IMG/VR virus record: IMGVR_UViG_3300032116_000017
DNA length: 64,000 nt
From: an uncultured virus (IMG/VR IMGVR_UViG_3300032116_000017)
Taxonomy: Duplodnaviria; Heunggongvirae; Uroviricota; Caudoviricetes
Strand: one strand, 5' to 3'
Below are positions 10,170 through 20,360 of this stretch, piece after piece; within the stretch, counting starts at the first letter, position 1; every line of letters starts with the position of its first letter. A program made the translations under genes and the position numbers. The notes below the pieces were generated by a model, which was not told the DNA's origin, made no database searches, and worked only from the letters and a program-made list of their open reading frames with translations.

Positions 10170-10643
10170 ATGGAATCTTTAGATAGGGAGTATAATCAAA
10201 TTGTTAATCTTACTAAATTCAATGTTAATTTCAGTAAGTATGTGGATAGCTGCGATCTTTTAAAACAAAGTCCTGACTATATTCTTGAGAAATATAATCA
10301 CTGGATTGGTTTTGGACCAACAGTTGAAAAGAAGTTATATACACCAGGTGATATGACAGATTTTTTCAATAAATATTGTAAAATTTGGAAAATAGACACA
10401 GAGAGTTACCATAAATTAAAAAATATACTGATGTATTTACATTATACTCAAAATTTGAACATCTTAAGGATGTCTGAAAAATTTGAAGAATATATCGGAC
10501 CAATGACGATGATATCAGATACCTCAGATAAACCAGGATTACATCATAAAACAAATGATTTCGTTAATAATATTTTAGAAGGAAATAAAAACAATATTAA
10601 AGTTATTTTAAGAAATATGAAAATTGATAATATAGTGCGATGA
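10170..10643 (+). CDS. Hypothetical protein with C-terminal RxxKIxxI tag
   Basis: Ends LRNMKIDNIVR; TATATTTG at 10158-10165, 4 nt before ATG. Confidence 0.75.
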   Translation: MESLDREYNQIVNLTKFNVNFSKYVDSCDLLKQSPDYILEKYNHWIGFGPTVEKKLYTPGDMTDFFNKYCKIWKIDTESYHKLKNILMYLHYTQNLNILRMSEKFEEYIGPMTMISDTSDKPGLHHKTNDFVNNILEGNKNNIKVILRNMKIDNIVR

Positions 10644-11011
10644 AATATAAAGACAAATCATTTTTAAAGTATCAAGAAAAACAACGTGATGGTGAAGTTG
10701 GGTATTGGTCTAATAGGTCTGAAAGACAAATTCGTAGAGAAAGAGAACACAGATTTTCAACTTTTTATCAAAAGTTTCTTATTGGAAAAATTGACAAGTA
10801 TTGGTGGAAAAACCTAAGAGATTCTGATAAAGAAAAAATTATATCACTTCACTATATACAAGTAGATGCTATTTCATCGAAAGATTTAGATAGATGGTAT
10901 TCTGATCCTGTATTTGATACTTGGTCTGAGTGGTTTGATTATATCAAGACAACTTTTAAACCAAATAAAATATCATTAAGAGAGGATAAACTCAAAGTTT
11001 TGGGTATATAA
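10640..11011 (+). CDS. Hypothetical protein with C-terminal tag
   Basis: Ends LREDKLKVLGI; ATGA overlap with previous ORF. Confidence 0.75.
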   Translation: MKYKDKSFLKYQEKQRDGEVGYWSNRSERQIRREREHRFSTFYQKFLIGKIDKYWWKNLRDSDKEKIISLHYIQVDAISSKDLDRWYSDPVFDTWSEWFDYIKTTFKPNKISLREDKLKVLGI

Positions 11012-11038
11012 TAAGTAACAATAAAAAACAAAATAAAA

Positions 11039-11518
11039 ATGAAAACAATTAAATTTATCTTTTTGGCCATAGTAGCCGCAATTTCAATGACTTCTTGTAC
11101 TGAGAATTACTCTAATGGTGAGCGTATCGGTATGATTACAAAATTCTCTCAAAAAGGACTTGTATGGAATTCTTGGGAAGGAACACTCAACACAACTCAA
11201 ACTGGTATGAACAGTGCAACTCCTTTCGAATTCTCTGTTGATAATGATGTGAACGATCCTAAAGTTATCGCTACTTTAGATTCGGCTGCAACAAATGGTT
11301 GGAAAGTCAAAATCAAATATCACGAAACTTTTGGAAAGAATTGGCTCTCTAACAGAGGTGAAACTAACTACTTTGTTAAAGAGGTTCAAGTCTTAGATAG
11401 AGATCCAATTGGTAATCTTTTCGGTGACTCTTCAAAAAATAACAAATCAAATTGTGATTGTAAAACCGGTGGAAAAGTCATTGATACTATTTATGTTGTA
11501 ATTGATAGAACTAAATAA
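11039..11518 (+). CDS. Lipoprotein
   Basis: Lipobox MTSC after hydrophobic stretch; YSNGERIG..KFSQKG..WEG motif. Confidence 0.75.
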   Translation: MKTIKFIFLAIVAAISMTSCTENYSNGERIGMITKFSQKGLVWNSWEGTLNTTQTGMNSATPFEFSVDNDVNDPKVIATLDSAATNGWKVKIKYHETFGKNWLSNRGETNYFVKEVQVLDRDPIGNLFGDSSKNNKSNCDCKTGGKVIDTIYVVIDRTK

Positions 11519-11520
11519 CT

Positions 11521-11730
11521 ATGAGAAAGGGAGACAAACTTATTTGCAGAGAGACAGTTAATAATGTCTTTGGAATGCCTCTTTTTGAAAAGGGTAAAGA
11601 ATATGAAGTTCTTTACATTGATAATGAAAAAACAGAGGTCATGGTTATATTAAACCACAACCTTTATGCAAACGAATATATGGAATATCCATTAGTATGG
11701 GTTAGTAAAAAATTTAAATCAAAATGTTAA
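11521..11730 (+). CDS. Small hypothetical protein
   Basis: Packed ORF in operon. Confidence 0.65.
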   Translation: MRKGDKLICRETVNNVFGMPLFEKGKEYEVLYIDNEKTEVMVILNHNLYANEYMEYPLVWVSKKFKSKC

Positions 11731-12152
11731 AAGATAGAATTATAGAAATCGTTAAGACACTAACAGAAGTGACTAATTCAAATATTTTGAAGTGGAACGA
11801 AGATGATCCTAAGTCAGTATCAAGAAATTATAGAAGAAAAATGATTTCCAATGGAGAGGATGGTACAAAGTATGAAATGGAAATAAAATTCATACTTAAA
11901 AATGATAATTGGCAAATTGAAGAGGATGCAAGCCTTTGGTTAAGAAATAAATTACTACCAGATGGTATATTTTATATAACAAGTTTTAAATCAGACGGTG
12001 AGACTTCACATCTTAGAGATTCAATTTTAAATAATTTTTGTAAAGATATGAATCCGTCTATAGAAGATATTGAAAATACATTGAGCGATATCGCTCGTGG
12101 AATTAGTATCTCTGAGTTCAGAGAAGGAAGACTAAATAAAATTTTAAACTAA
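11724..12152 (+). CDS. Hypothetical protein with C-terminal tag
   Basis: Ends FREGRLNKILN. Confidence 0.75.
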   Translation: MLKDRIIEIVKTLTEVTNSNILKWNEDDPKSVSRNYRRKMISNGEDGTKYEMEIKFILKNDNWQIEEDASLWLRNKLLPDGIFYITSFKSDGETSHLRDSILNNFCKDMNPSIEDIENTLSDIARGISISEFREGRLNKILN

Positions 12153-12158
12153 AAAGAT

Positions 12159-12725
12159 ATGTATATTATTAACACTAACTTAGAAGAAGTAACTAAAGAA
12201 TTTGATTTTATAAATAGCTGGATTGACACACTTTGTGATAACATTCTACATAAAGACAGGAAAAATTGCAAAATAACAATGTTTTATAATTATGGATATT
12301 TTGTACCAAAAGGTAAAGGTGTAAATCCTGAACAATTTGATATGTTTTTTGAAGATAGATTAAAATATGAGTTATCAAAAGTCAGAGTCAATGTTACTAT
12401 AAAAATCAATGAACTGATGATAACAAATCGTTTAAAGAAAGGAATGGTACCGGATGTAATTAAATCAATGGTTACTGAAATAACTAAGTATAAAATGTCA
12501 ATTGAGTGTGAGTTTCATCAAAATGAAGATATCAAAAATTCTATTCCTGAATTTGATGAGTCAGTTGTATCAATTGAAGTTATTAAACAAGAAATCGGAA
12601 CTGATAAAATTGAAGAAGATTATTTTGATTTAGATGATATCTTAGATAAAATTGCAAAAAGTGGAATAGATTCTCTAACAGATGGAGAGAAGTCATTTTT
12701 AGATAAAAAAAGTAAAGAAATGTAA
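12159..12725 (+). CDS. Hypothetical protein with C-terminal DUF6576-like helical hairpin
   Basis: Ends DLDDILDKIAKSGIDSLTDGEKSFLDKKSKEM. Confidence 0.7.
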   Translation: MYIINTNLEEVTKEFDFINSWIDTLCDNILHKDRKNCKITMFYNYGYFVPKGKGVNPEQFDMFFEDRLKYELSKVRVNVTIKINELMITNRLKKGMVPDVIKSMVTEITKYKMSIECEFHQNEDIKNSIPEFDESVVSIEVIKQEIGTDKIEEDYFDLDDILDKIAKSGIDSLTDGEKSFLDKKSKEM

Positions 12726-13540
12726 TGGATATAAATCAAATATATCAAGGTGATTGTTTAGATTTACTCAAACAGTTAGATGATAACTCTATTGACTTGG
12801 TTATCACAAGTCCACCATATGCGGATTTGAAGGTTTATATTGATAATCCTGGAATACTTGCTGGTGATTATGTTGAATGGTTTTTACCAATATGTAATGA
12901 AATCTGTCGAGTTATAAAACCGACAGGTTCTTTTATTTTAAATATAAATGATAAAGTAGAAGAAGGATTTAGACATCCTTATGTTTATGATCTTATTTCC
13001 GAAATTCATAAAAGAACGGAATTAAAAATGTTTGAGCGTCTTTTTTGGAATAAGATGAAAGGTCTTCCCAATAGAAGTAGATTTGGGGATAGAGTTGAAT
13101 ATTTATTTTGGTTCGCAAAAGAAAAAGGTTTCAAGTTTAACATAGATGAAATGAGAACTGAATATTCTGAAAAATCCATTAAGAGAATGAAGAATCCCCT
13201 TAAAAAAAGATTTGCTCGAACAGAGGAAAATCAAAATGAAAGTGAGTATAAAGAATGGAAACCAAATCCATTAGGTGCCTTACCTACAACACTTGTTAGT
13301 ATATCATCAGAATCAAAAAGAATTGCAGATAATCATGTTGCAGTTTATCCAGTTGAACTTGTTGATTACTTTATCAAAGGTTCAACTCAAGAAGGTGATT
13401 TAGTTTTGGATCCATTTATAGGAACAGGAACAACAGCGGTCTCTGCTAAAAAAATGGGTAGAAACTTTATAGGTTTTGAAAGACAATCAGAATATATCAA
13501 AGTTGCGAATAAAAGAATTTTAGATGTTGAGAATAACTAA
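12725..13540 (+). CDS. Site-specific DNA methyltransferase (N4-C/N6-A, beta class)
   Basis: GDCLDLL, VITSPPY catalytic motif before VLDPFIGTGTT SAM-binding motif. Confidence 0.92.
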   Translation: MDINQIYQGDCLDLLKQLDDNSIDLVITSPPYADLKVYIDNPGILAGDYVEWFLPICNEICRVIKPTGSFILNINDKVEEGFRHPYVYDLISEIHKRTELKMFERLFWNKMKGLPNRSRFGDRVEYLFWFAKEKGFKFNIDEMRTEYSEKSIKRMKNPLKKRFARTEENQNESEYKEWKPNPLGALPTTLVSISSESKRIADNHVAVYPVELVDYFIKGSTQEGDLVLDPFIGTGTTAVSAKKMGRNFIGFERQSEYIKVANKRILDVENN

Positions 13541-13823
13541 AACACCTAAAATAGTAAGTGTTAAATGGTACACAAAAGGAGAAATGGATCCAAGTTATAA
13601 CGGTACTGATGTAGATAGTTTTGTAATTATTCCAGGTGTTACACACTACCAACATATTTACTCTTCTCAAAAATATTTAATCTTTGATAGTAAAACAAGT
13701 TATATGGCAGTTGAATTTACATCAGAGGCTGATTTAGAAAGATACTTTATACAACTAATGAGGGAAATTAAACTTAATCAAATCACAAATGTTAATGTTG
13801 ATGTTGATAAAAAAACAAAGTAA
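13524..13823 (+). CDS. Hypothetical protein with near-terminal tag
   Basis: MREIKLNQI close to C-terminus. Confidence 0.65.
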   Translation: MLRITKTPKIVSVKWYTKGEMDPSYNGTDVDSFVIIPGVTHYQHIYSSQKYLIFDSKTSYMAVEFTSEADLERYFIQLMREIKLNQITNVNVDVDKKTK

Positions 13824-13828
13824 TATGA

Positions 13829-14065
13829 GTGAATATTTATTGCAAAAGAACAATGTTTAATCCAGATGATAATTCGGTGATATGTGCTAAAGGTAAAATA
13901 TATCAAACCGTACCATCTTCTGAATTTGAAGCAAAAACAGGTTTGGTTTTTTGGGTTTCTTCTGAAATTGAAGAAAACATACCACTAACATTAAAACTTT
14001 ATGATAAATATTTCACAACTATTGATGAAATGAGGAATAATAAAATAAACGAAATACTAAAATGA
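13829..14065 (+). CDS. Small hypothetical protein with C-terminal tag
   Basis: GTG start; ends MRNNKINEILK. Confidence 0.7.
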   Translation: MNIYCKRTMFNPDDNSVICAKGKIYQTVPSSEFEAKTGLVFWVSSEIEENIPLTLKLYDKYFTTIDEMRNNKINEILK

Positions 14066-14823
14066 AAATTGTAAAATATCTTTCTGATACTGAAATAATG
14101 AATTGGAATAATAGACTTGAGAATACACCTTATATTGTTATTCCAAGATATCACACTCATTCATCTTTTCCTACAATAGTTTTTAAACAAAAAACAACAA
14201 CTGGTTTAGGAAATTTTCTAAATGATCCACAATCAGAAGTAATAACACTGGATCCACATATGAAATTTCAGTTTTCATTTTCAGTTGCTAAAAATCGTGT
14301 AGATAATTTTTTTAATATATTCAACAAATGGTTTTCTAAAATAGAAACCAAAACTTATTTTCAAGATAGAAGTAATCGAGAGAAAATAGATGATATAGAA
14401 GTATCTGATTCTATTATTAAATCAAAGAAGCAAATTGAACACAAAGTAAAAGAAAAAGAATATACTAAATTCATTTACTATTTTGAAGGACATCTTTCTT
14501 CAATTATGGCTTATGTGATGTTCTTAGAAGACTCTATTGATATTTTCTCTTCTATATGGGGATATGATGAGTCAGGATCAGAACACCTACTGACTAAATT
14601 TAATATTGGTGATTGTGTAACAAAAGTTGGTGACCAATCAGAAGATTATCTCATTTTAGATTTCGAGCCAATAAAAAGTGGTAAAGATTTTTCTTTAGAT
14701 TATGAAATTTGTAAAATGATTACAAAAGGACAGATTATAAAATATGGAAATTCAGAAGTAGTCAAAGAAAAAGATATAACCTGGTCTCGTAATAATAGAA
14801 TTGATGATATTTTAGATAATTGA
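14062..14823 (+). CDS. Hypothetical protein with C-terminal tag
   Basis: Ends SRNNRIDDILDN. Confidence 0.75.
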   Translation: MKIVKYLSDTEIMNWNNRLENTPYIVIPRYHTHSSFPTIVFKQKTTTGLGNFLNDPQSEVITLDPHMKFQFSFSVAKNRVDNFFNIFNKWFSKIETKTYFQDRSNREKIDDIEVSDSIIKSKKQIEHKVKEKEYTKFIYYFEGHLSSIMAYVMFLEDSIDIFSSIWGYDESGSEHLLTKFNIGDCVTKVGDQSEDYLILDFEPIKSGKDFSLDYEICKMITKGQIIKYGNSEVVKEKDITWSRNNRIDDILDN

Positions 14824-14854
14824 TTTGATATTCTAAAAATTAGTATTATATTTG
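14824..14854 (+). promoter_or_regulatory. Bacteroidota-type promoter
   Basis: TTTG 14824-14827, 19-nt spacer, TATATTTG 14847-14854, ATG 4 nt later. Confidence 0.75.
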
Positions 14855-14858
14855 TAAA

Positions 14859-15368
14859 ATGGATAAGTGGAGTAATCTACAATTTAAAGATTTTCTCGAA
14901 GGTGAAAGACTGAATTGTTATTGGTTCTGGTATAAAGGTAAAATCACAAGAAGAAAGAATTTAGATGGAGAAATTTACGAACAAAACCTTTCTGGTAAAT
15001 GTGAATGGAATGGAATAAGATTGCAAAATGGATTTAATCATTGTTTTAATATTTTAACTAATAAATATATGAGAGGATTAAAAGAAGGAAAATACAACGG
15101 TCAAACTAAAGCAGAGTTTGAAAAGAACAAAGTTAGAGTTAGTGATATTTGGATAAAATCCGGTGCTGATATTGAGAAGGCTAAGTCTTTATCAACAACA
15201 CAAGCAAATCGAATTACTGACGAGTGGAAGGCTCTAAATAGAGCTTTTGCTGCTAAAGAAATGGGTTACGAAGAAATATTTGAGATTTTCTTTCATCGTG
15301 CTTATGAATTAGGTTCAGTTTCTAAATTAGAATACCGAGAATATAAATTAGATAAGCTTGGTATCTAA
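14859..15368 (+). CDS. Hypothetical protein with C-terminal tag
   Basis: Ends YREYKLDKLGI. Confidence 0.75.
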   Translation: MDKWSNLQFKDFLEGERLNCYWFWYKGKITRRKNLDGEIYEQNLSGKCEWNGIRLQNGFNHCFNILTNKYMRGLKEGKYNGQTKAEFEKNKVRVSDIWIKSGADIEKAKSLSTTQANRITDEWKALNRAFAAKEMGYEEIFEIFFHRAYELGSVSKLEYREYKLDKLGI

Positions 15369-15655
15369 TGAAAATAATTAAAACTAAATTTCTTTGCAAG
15401 AATAGTAGTCAAACTGTTACGAAAGGACTTCCTATGTATGTTAAAGATAGGTTTATTGAAGGAAAATGGTATGATGGTGAATATGAAGCCTGGAACTTCC
15501 ATGATAGTTACAGACTAAATGGTGGATGGCGTAGATACTGGGTTATAAATGAAAAAGGTGAAAAAGAAGAAATTCACAGAGCTCACATGAATGCAATTTT
15601 TGAAACAGATATAGAAAAGTTAAGAGATAATAAAATAAATGAAATACTAAAATAA
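15368..15655 (+). CDS. Hypothetical protein with C-terminal tag
   Basis: Ends LRDNKINEILK. Confidence 0.75.
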   Translation: MKIIKTKFLCKNSSQTVTKGLPMYVKDRFIEGKWYDGEYEAWNFHDSYRLNGGWRRYWVINEKGEKEEIHRAHMNAIFETDIEKLRDNKINEILK

Positions 15656-15656
15656 A

Positions 15657-16055
15657 ATGAGCGAAGAAACAAAACAACTAAAAGTATCCAATGAGTTTGT
15701 TGATATTTTTAAAAACTTCAATGTTGTAAATAAAGTTGAAGAAATGAAAGCACTTTCTAAGAAAGAACTATATTTATTATTAACACTCTGCTTGGATAAG
15801 CACGATGATGAACAACCAACTGTTGTTTATAACTTTCAACCGTTTAGAGAACAAGTGATGGAGTTATTTGAAATTCAGGATGATAAAGAAACTCTCAATC
15901 CGGTTCTAAAAGAGCTTATTGAAGAAAGCGGTGATAAATACATTGAAACTGATAATATTGTTGATGAAACAGGAAATAAACTTCCAGAGCCTTTAACAAA
16001 AGAGGAAGTGAGAGATGTAAAAATTAATATCATCAATAGTGATGATTCAAAATAA
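15657..16055 (+). CDS. Hypothetical protein with near-terminal tag
   Basis: VRDVKINII near C-terminus. Confidence 0.7.
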   Translation: MSEETKQLKVSNEFVDIFKNFNVVNKVEEMKALSKKELYLLLTLCLDKHDDEQPTVVYNFQPFREQVMELFEIQDDKETLNPVLKELIEESGDKYIETDNIVDETGNKLPEPLTKEEVRDVKINIINSDDSK

Positions 16056-16081
16056 TTTCCTAAATTTGTAAAAAAATAATT

Positions 16082-17329
16082 ATGCAAGAAGATATTCAAA
16101 ATCCAGTAACTGAAGAAGTAAGAACTGAACCAATCATTGGTGAGTTTAAACCAAAACGTAAATTCTTAAACTTTGTTTCTGCTGTAAATGGTGCTCGTGT
16201 TCGTTTCATTCGTGATGTTGCCTTTCTTAAAGGTGAAAAACTATCTGGTGTTTTAGAAGGGGCTATATTTAAAATAACTATTTGTGATGAAGGTACAATT
16301 AACATTGAAGAACAGGAAGGAACTAATCTTTCTGATAAATCAATGATCCAAAGACTTCTTAATGAAATCGATGAAATCGATGTTACTGGTTATGCTCAAA
16401 AGTTTGTTGTCGCTGGATTAGAGTTCGCTGATGTAAAAGGTGACCGTTGTTACTTAGAAGTAGAACATCAAAAACCAATTGATAAATTAAAATCACTTTT
16501 TGATGAAGAGGAAAAAGTTGAGGTTTCTGAAAAGAGTTTGAGTTTACTTGATGATTTATTTGGGAGTGATGAAGAAGAGTGGGATGAGGATCATGCACTT
16601 TCAGAAGTGATGAATTCTATGTTAGATGATCTATCAGAAGAAGATGTTAAGACAATTATTGAAGCAAATGAAAATCCAGCTGAACCTAATGATAAATTAA
16701 AAGAGGCTGCTGAGTCATATATGGAAAAACAATTCCGTAAAATGCATGAAGCAAAAATCATTGAGTTAGAATACCGTATTGAAGAAACTCAGAGAGAAAT
16801 CATTCGATATAAAAATGATGCTAAACAAGCTGAGTCAAAGGCTGAAGAAAAAGTTGAAGCACTTGGTATTTTAGAAACTCGATTAGAAACAATGAAACCA
16901 GGTGACGAACCTAATGGTTATGTATTTTTTGTATCTGAGGAAATGAAAGATATGGAAGAACTTGATGAAACCGAAGCTAAAGTAGCTGCTAAGATTGCAG
17001 ATATTATGAAGTTGAAGAAAGACGTTTTGGTTAAGATGTTGACAGAAGGCTACTACAAAATCAAAATTGCTAAGTCCGATGATATTTCAAATCAAGACTT
17101 TGAATTAGACAAAGAAATCTATAATAAGATTATGACTTTAGATATTGATGGTAAGATGTCACTTACTGATAGTGAGTTTCGATACCGTGGTAAATTAAAC
17201 TGGCATCAACTTGTCTCTAAAATGATTAAATCTGGATTTGCTCAAGATGAAGAGTTTGATAAACTTTGCAACTCTAATTCTTATGAAAGTCACGAAGAAG
17301 AAAAAGAATCTGATAAAACTGAAGAGTAA
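16082..17329 (+). CDS. Acidic coiled-coil hypothetical protein
   Basis: 415-aa ORF; TAAATTTG at 16061-16068 upstream. Confidence 0.75.
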   Translation: MQEDIQNPVTEEVRTEPIIGEFKPKRKFLNFVSAVNGARVRFIRDVAFLKGEKLSGVLEGAIFKITICDEGTINIEEQEGTNLSDKSMIQRLLNEIDEIDVTGYAQKFVVAGLEFADVKGDRCYLEVEHQKPIDKLKSLFDEEEKVEVSEKSLSLLDDLFGSDEEEWDEDHALSEVMNSMLDDLSEEDVKTIIEANENPAEPNDKLKEAAESYMEKQFRKMHEAKIIELEYRIEETQREIIRYKNDAKQAESKAEEKVEALGILETRLETMKPGDEPNGYVFFVSEEMKDMEELDETEAKVAAKIADIMKLKKDVLVKMLTEGYYKIKIAKSDDISNQDFELDKEIYNKIMTLDIDGKMSLTDSEFRYRGKLNWHQLVSKMIKSGFAQDEEFDKLCNSNSYESHEEEKESDKTEE

Positions 17330-17331
17330 AA

Positions 17332-17718
17332 ATGAATATGGGGTTTACAAGATATTGGGAATTTGAGAGATTAAATAGTGAGAAGTTTAAAGAGTTCTCT
17401 AATATCTGTCAGTTACTTATAGATAATATGGATATTCCACTTGATGATGTCACCGTTAATGAAGCACAAGTAAGATTCAATGGAGTTGATGATGATGGTC
17501 ATGAAACATTCAATTTCTCTTTAAATAAAGATGGATTTAACTTTTGTAAAACAGCTACTAAACCTTACGATGAAGTTGTGTATGGTTGTCTTTATATTGC
17601 TAAGTTAATATTCGAAGATAGTGTAAAGATAAATCAAGATTGTAAAGAAGACGAACCTTATGTAAAAAAAGTAATATCTATTCTAAGAGAAAATAAACTT
17701 AATCAACTATTAAAATAA
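17332..17718 (+). CDS. Conserved-type phage protein with C-terminal tag
   Basis: MGFTRYW...FNG...HETF...FCKT..KPYD motif; ends LRENKLNQLLK. Confidence 0.7.
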   Translation: MNMGFTRYWEFERLNSEKFKEFSNICQLLIDNMDIPLDDVTVNEAQVRFNGVDDDGHETFNFSLNKDGFNFCKTATKPYDEVVYGCLYIAKLIFEDSVKINQDCKEDEPYVKKVISILRENKLNQLLK

Positions 17719-17725
17719 AAAAAAT

Positions 17726-18196
17726 ATGATAACTAAAGAAAACCTGAAAATAAAACTTACTAGATTAAGAAGAATAATTAAAGTTTTTTATTTAAAAACA
17801 TTTAAAACTCTTGGTAAAGAAAAGAGGCTTAAAAAACCAAAAAAACTTACCGAGTCTGAAGATACTGCTTGTGAGATATTTTTAACAATATTACACAATA
17901 AGGATAGTAAATTACATTATGATATTCAAACACAGGAATGTTATATAAGTTCTTCAGATAAAACACTTTTTGTCTTTTTAGAAGCTGGTAATGTTAAGAT
18001 TATTAATTCTGTTTTTGGGTATGATGTGCATATACGTCAAGACTTAGAGGCTTATCTACTTGACAAATTTATTAGAGAAATGAGTATTAGAAGAAATGCT
18101 TTCAAAAAAGAAGTTCTTTCTAAAATAAATCACTCTTTAGACAGCACTCTTGATAGAATTAAAGACTGGGATAAAGAATCAAAAAGTAAAAAATAA
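17726..18196 (+). CDS. Hypothetical basic protein
   Basis: Packed ORF in operon. Confidence 0.7.
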   Translation: MITKENLKIKLTRLRRIIKVFYLKTFKTLGKEKRLKKPKKLTESEDTACEIFLTILHNKDSKLHYDIQTQECYISSSDKTLFVFLEAGNVKIINSVFGYDVHIRQDLEAYLLDKFIREMSIRRNAFKKEVLSKINHSLDSTLDRIKDWDKESKSKK

Positions 18197-18245
18197 TTAG
18201 GTTTATCAATTAATAAATACTATATTTGTAAAAAATATTCTAAAA

Positions 18246-19739
18246 ATGATAATTAAGAACATTCACGAAAAATTACTTAACGGTATCCAAACGATGCTTA
18301 TTGATACTAAAATCAATTTGCCTTACTACGGAGAATTCAACCTACACGTTTCATTTCATGAGCAAGATTCAATTGGAACCTGTGCTGTAAATGTTACCTC
18401 AAAAGGTATGAACTTCTTTTATTCTCCAAAGTTTTTGGAAAATATGTCTCAGAAAGAAGTGAACTTCATCACATTACATGAAGATTTTCACTTACTTTTT
18501 AATCATCCTCGTAGAACAATCACTGGTCAATACGATCACAAATTGTCCAACATCGCTCAAGATATGATTATTAATCACGTTATCTGGGAAGATATCCCAC
18601 ACGCTTTTGTTGAAATTCCAAAGTCTCCAGATGGTAAGAATATGGCACTTTTTGTTCCGAAAGAATATGAAGGTAAACTTATCTTTGAAGAGCTTTACGA
18701 ATGGTTGAAAGAAGAAAAAGAAAAATGGCAGAAAGAACAAAAACAAAACTCTCAATGTCAGTCTTGTGGTGGATCTGGAAAGAAACAAGATGGTCAATGT
18801 CAGCAACCTCAAAAAAGTGATGACCAAAAACAAGATGGTAAGGGAAAAGGTGAAAAACAAAATGGTGAAGGAGACCAACCAGAGGATGGTCAAAGTCAAT
18901 CAGAAGGTCAGGGTCAAGGAGAATCTTGTACAGATTGTCAAGGAACTGGTAATGAAGAAGGAAAAGACTCTTCCGGAAAACCTTCTTATGGACCCTATGG
19001 TAAAAATCCATCTAAAGATGGTGAGTCACTTGATACTTGGTCCAAAGAGCAAATCTTCCAAGATATGGAGAATGGGAATGGAGAGTATCTTGACAAACAC
19101 ATCGGTGATGATGTACCTGAAGAATTGAGAGATGCGATGGTTAAGGATGTTATGGAGAGATTAGCCGCTCGTGGTTTATCAGCGGGTAATGTTGAACAAA
19201 CACTAAACAAACTTCGTAAGAAACGAAAAGATTATCTTCGTGAAATCAAAAGAGCAGTTTCTAATATGATTTTTGGAACTGTTAAAGAACGAACAATTGT
19301 TAAACCTAATCGAAAAGGTATATCTGGTTTAAAAGGTAATCGTAAAGTTAAAACCAAAATTAATTGTATCTTAGACACATCAGGTTCAATGGGTGGAACT
19401 TTTGAGAGAGTTTTGAACTATGTTTATCGTAATGATATTGAAATCAATTTGATTGAGGCTGATACTGAGGTTAAATGGATTGAAAATATTAAAAATGCGA
19501 AAAAACTTGAAACTCTTAAAATCAAAGGTCTTGGAGGAACAATTCTTCAACCTGCGATTGACTTAGTTGCTGACCAATACAATGAGTTTAACACTGTTGT
19601 ATTGACTGATGGTTACTGCGACTCTCTTGACTTATCTAAGATTAAAGGTAGAGTCTTAATGGTATCGATTGGTGTAAAAGTTCCGATTTCTCGTTCTAAT
19701 GGAAAAGTCAAGCAGATTATGGTTGAGAAAGAAAACTAA
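18246..19739 (+). CDS. Metallopeptidase-like + vWA domain protein (DUF2201-type MoxR partner)
   Basis: HExxH (LHEDFH), NIAQDMIIN, low-complexity linker with two CxxC, MIDAS DTSGSM, GGT, LTDG; TATATTTG at 18221-18228. Confidence 0.88.
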   Translation: MIIKNIHEKLLNGIQTMLIDTKINLPYYGEFNLHVSFHEQDSIGTCAVNVTSKGMNFFYSPKFLENMSQKEVNFITLHEDFHLLFNHPRRTITGQYDHKLSNIAQDMIINHVIWEDIPHAFVEIPKSPDGKNMALFVPKEYEGKLIFEELYEWLKEEKEKWQKEQKQNSQCQSCGGSGKKQDGQCQQPQKSDDQKQDGKGKGEKQNGEGDQPEDGQSQSEGQGQGESCTDCQGTGNEEGKDSSGKPSYGPYGKNPSKDGESLDTWSKEQIFQDMENGNGEYLDKHIGDDVPEELRDAMVKDVMERLAARGLSAGNVEQTLNKLRKKRKDYLREIKRAVSNMIFGTVKERTIVKPNRKGISGLKGNRKVKTKINCILDTSGSMGGTFERVLNYVYRNDIEINLIEADTEVKWIENIKNAKKLETLKIKGLGGTILQPAIDLVADQYNEFNTVVLTDGYCDSLDLSKIKGRVLMVSIGVKVPISRSNGKVKQIMVEKEN

Positions 19740-19741
19740 TC

Positions 19742-19770
19742 AAAAAGACCAACCTATAGTTGGTCTTTTT
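19742..19770 (+). terminator. Intrinsic terminator
   Basis: AAAAAGACCAAC-CTATA-GTTGGTCTTTTT. Confidence 0.75.
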
Positions 19771-19793
19771 ATTTTAATAAATATATTTGTAAT

Positions 19794-20360
19794 ATGAAAG
19801 TAATTTTTTTGGATTTTGATGGTGTTATGTGTCTCTCTGAGCAATGGGGTGGACGAGCTAAAAAAATGCTAAAGTTTCAAAGAGAATTTCCGGGTTCAAC
19901 TGAAGATGATATGCCAGCTTGGATTAAGCTAGATAATTTTGATTTTAAGGCAACTAAAGTTCTTAACTCTATTTTATTACATCACGATGTTGAGATAGTT
20001 TGCTCTTCAGATTGGAAATTATTTGCTACTTTAGATCAACTTCAAGATATGTTTGATAAATACGGTGTGATTAAATCACCAATAGATGTCACACCAACTC
20101 TTGTTAAGTATGAGTCTAAATCTCAATTCACACAAAGTGAATTAGAGCAATGGAGAGTTAAAGAAATTAAAACGTGGTTAGATTTACATCCAGAAGTAAC
20201 ACACTGGGTTGCTGTTGATGATATGGACTTAGGTGAGAAGTTTGGTCCTATTTCTGGAAATTCCAATGGTGGTCTAACTAACTTCATATTAACTAAGCAG
20301 TATATTGGAATTAAACAATCCGGAATAAAAGAAAAAATCATTAAGTTCTTAAATGATTAA
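19794..20360 (+). CDS. HAD-superfamily phosphatase, Swiss-Army-knife RNA-repair-like type
   Basis: IFLDFDGV, SSDW, VAVDD motifs; TATATTTG 4 nt upstream. Confidence 0.8.
   Translation: MKVIFLDFDGVMCLSEQWGGRAKKMLKFQREFPGSTEDDMPAWIKLDNFDFKATKVLNSILLHHDVEIVCSSDWKLFATLDQLQDMFDKYGVIKSPIDVTPTLVKYESKSQFTQSELEQWRVKEIKTWLDLHPEVTHWVAVDDMDLGEKFGPISGNSNGGLTNFILTKQYIGIKQSGIKEKIIKFLND

Noticed and set aside
14036..15655. Near-identical DNA (TAATAAAATAAAYGAAATACTAAAAT) at the ends of two ORFs as a mobile DNA repeat
   Set aside because: Both encode NKINEILK with limited AT-rich codon choice; other tag copies differ at the DNA level.
18492..19210. Several overlapping alternative-frame and antisense ORFs
   Set aside because: Shadows of the low-complexity linker of the vWA gene. 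The same applies to other nested ORFs in the track (e.g. 4073, 5258, 15875, 24829, 38999, 46514, 48085).
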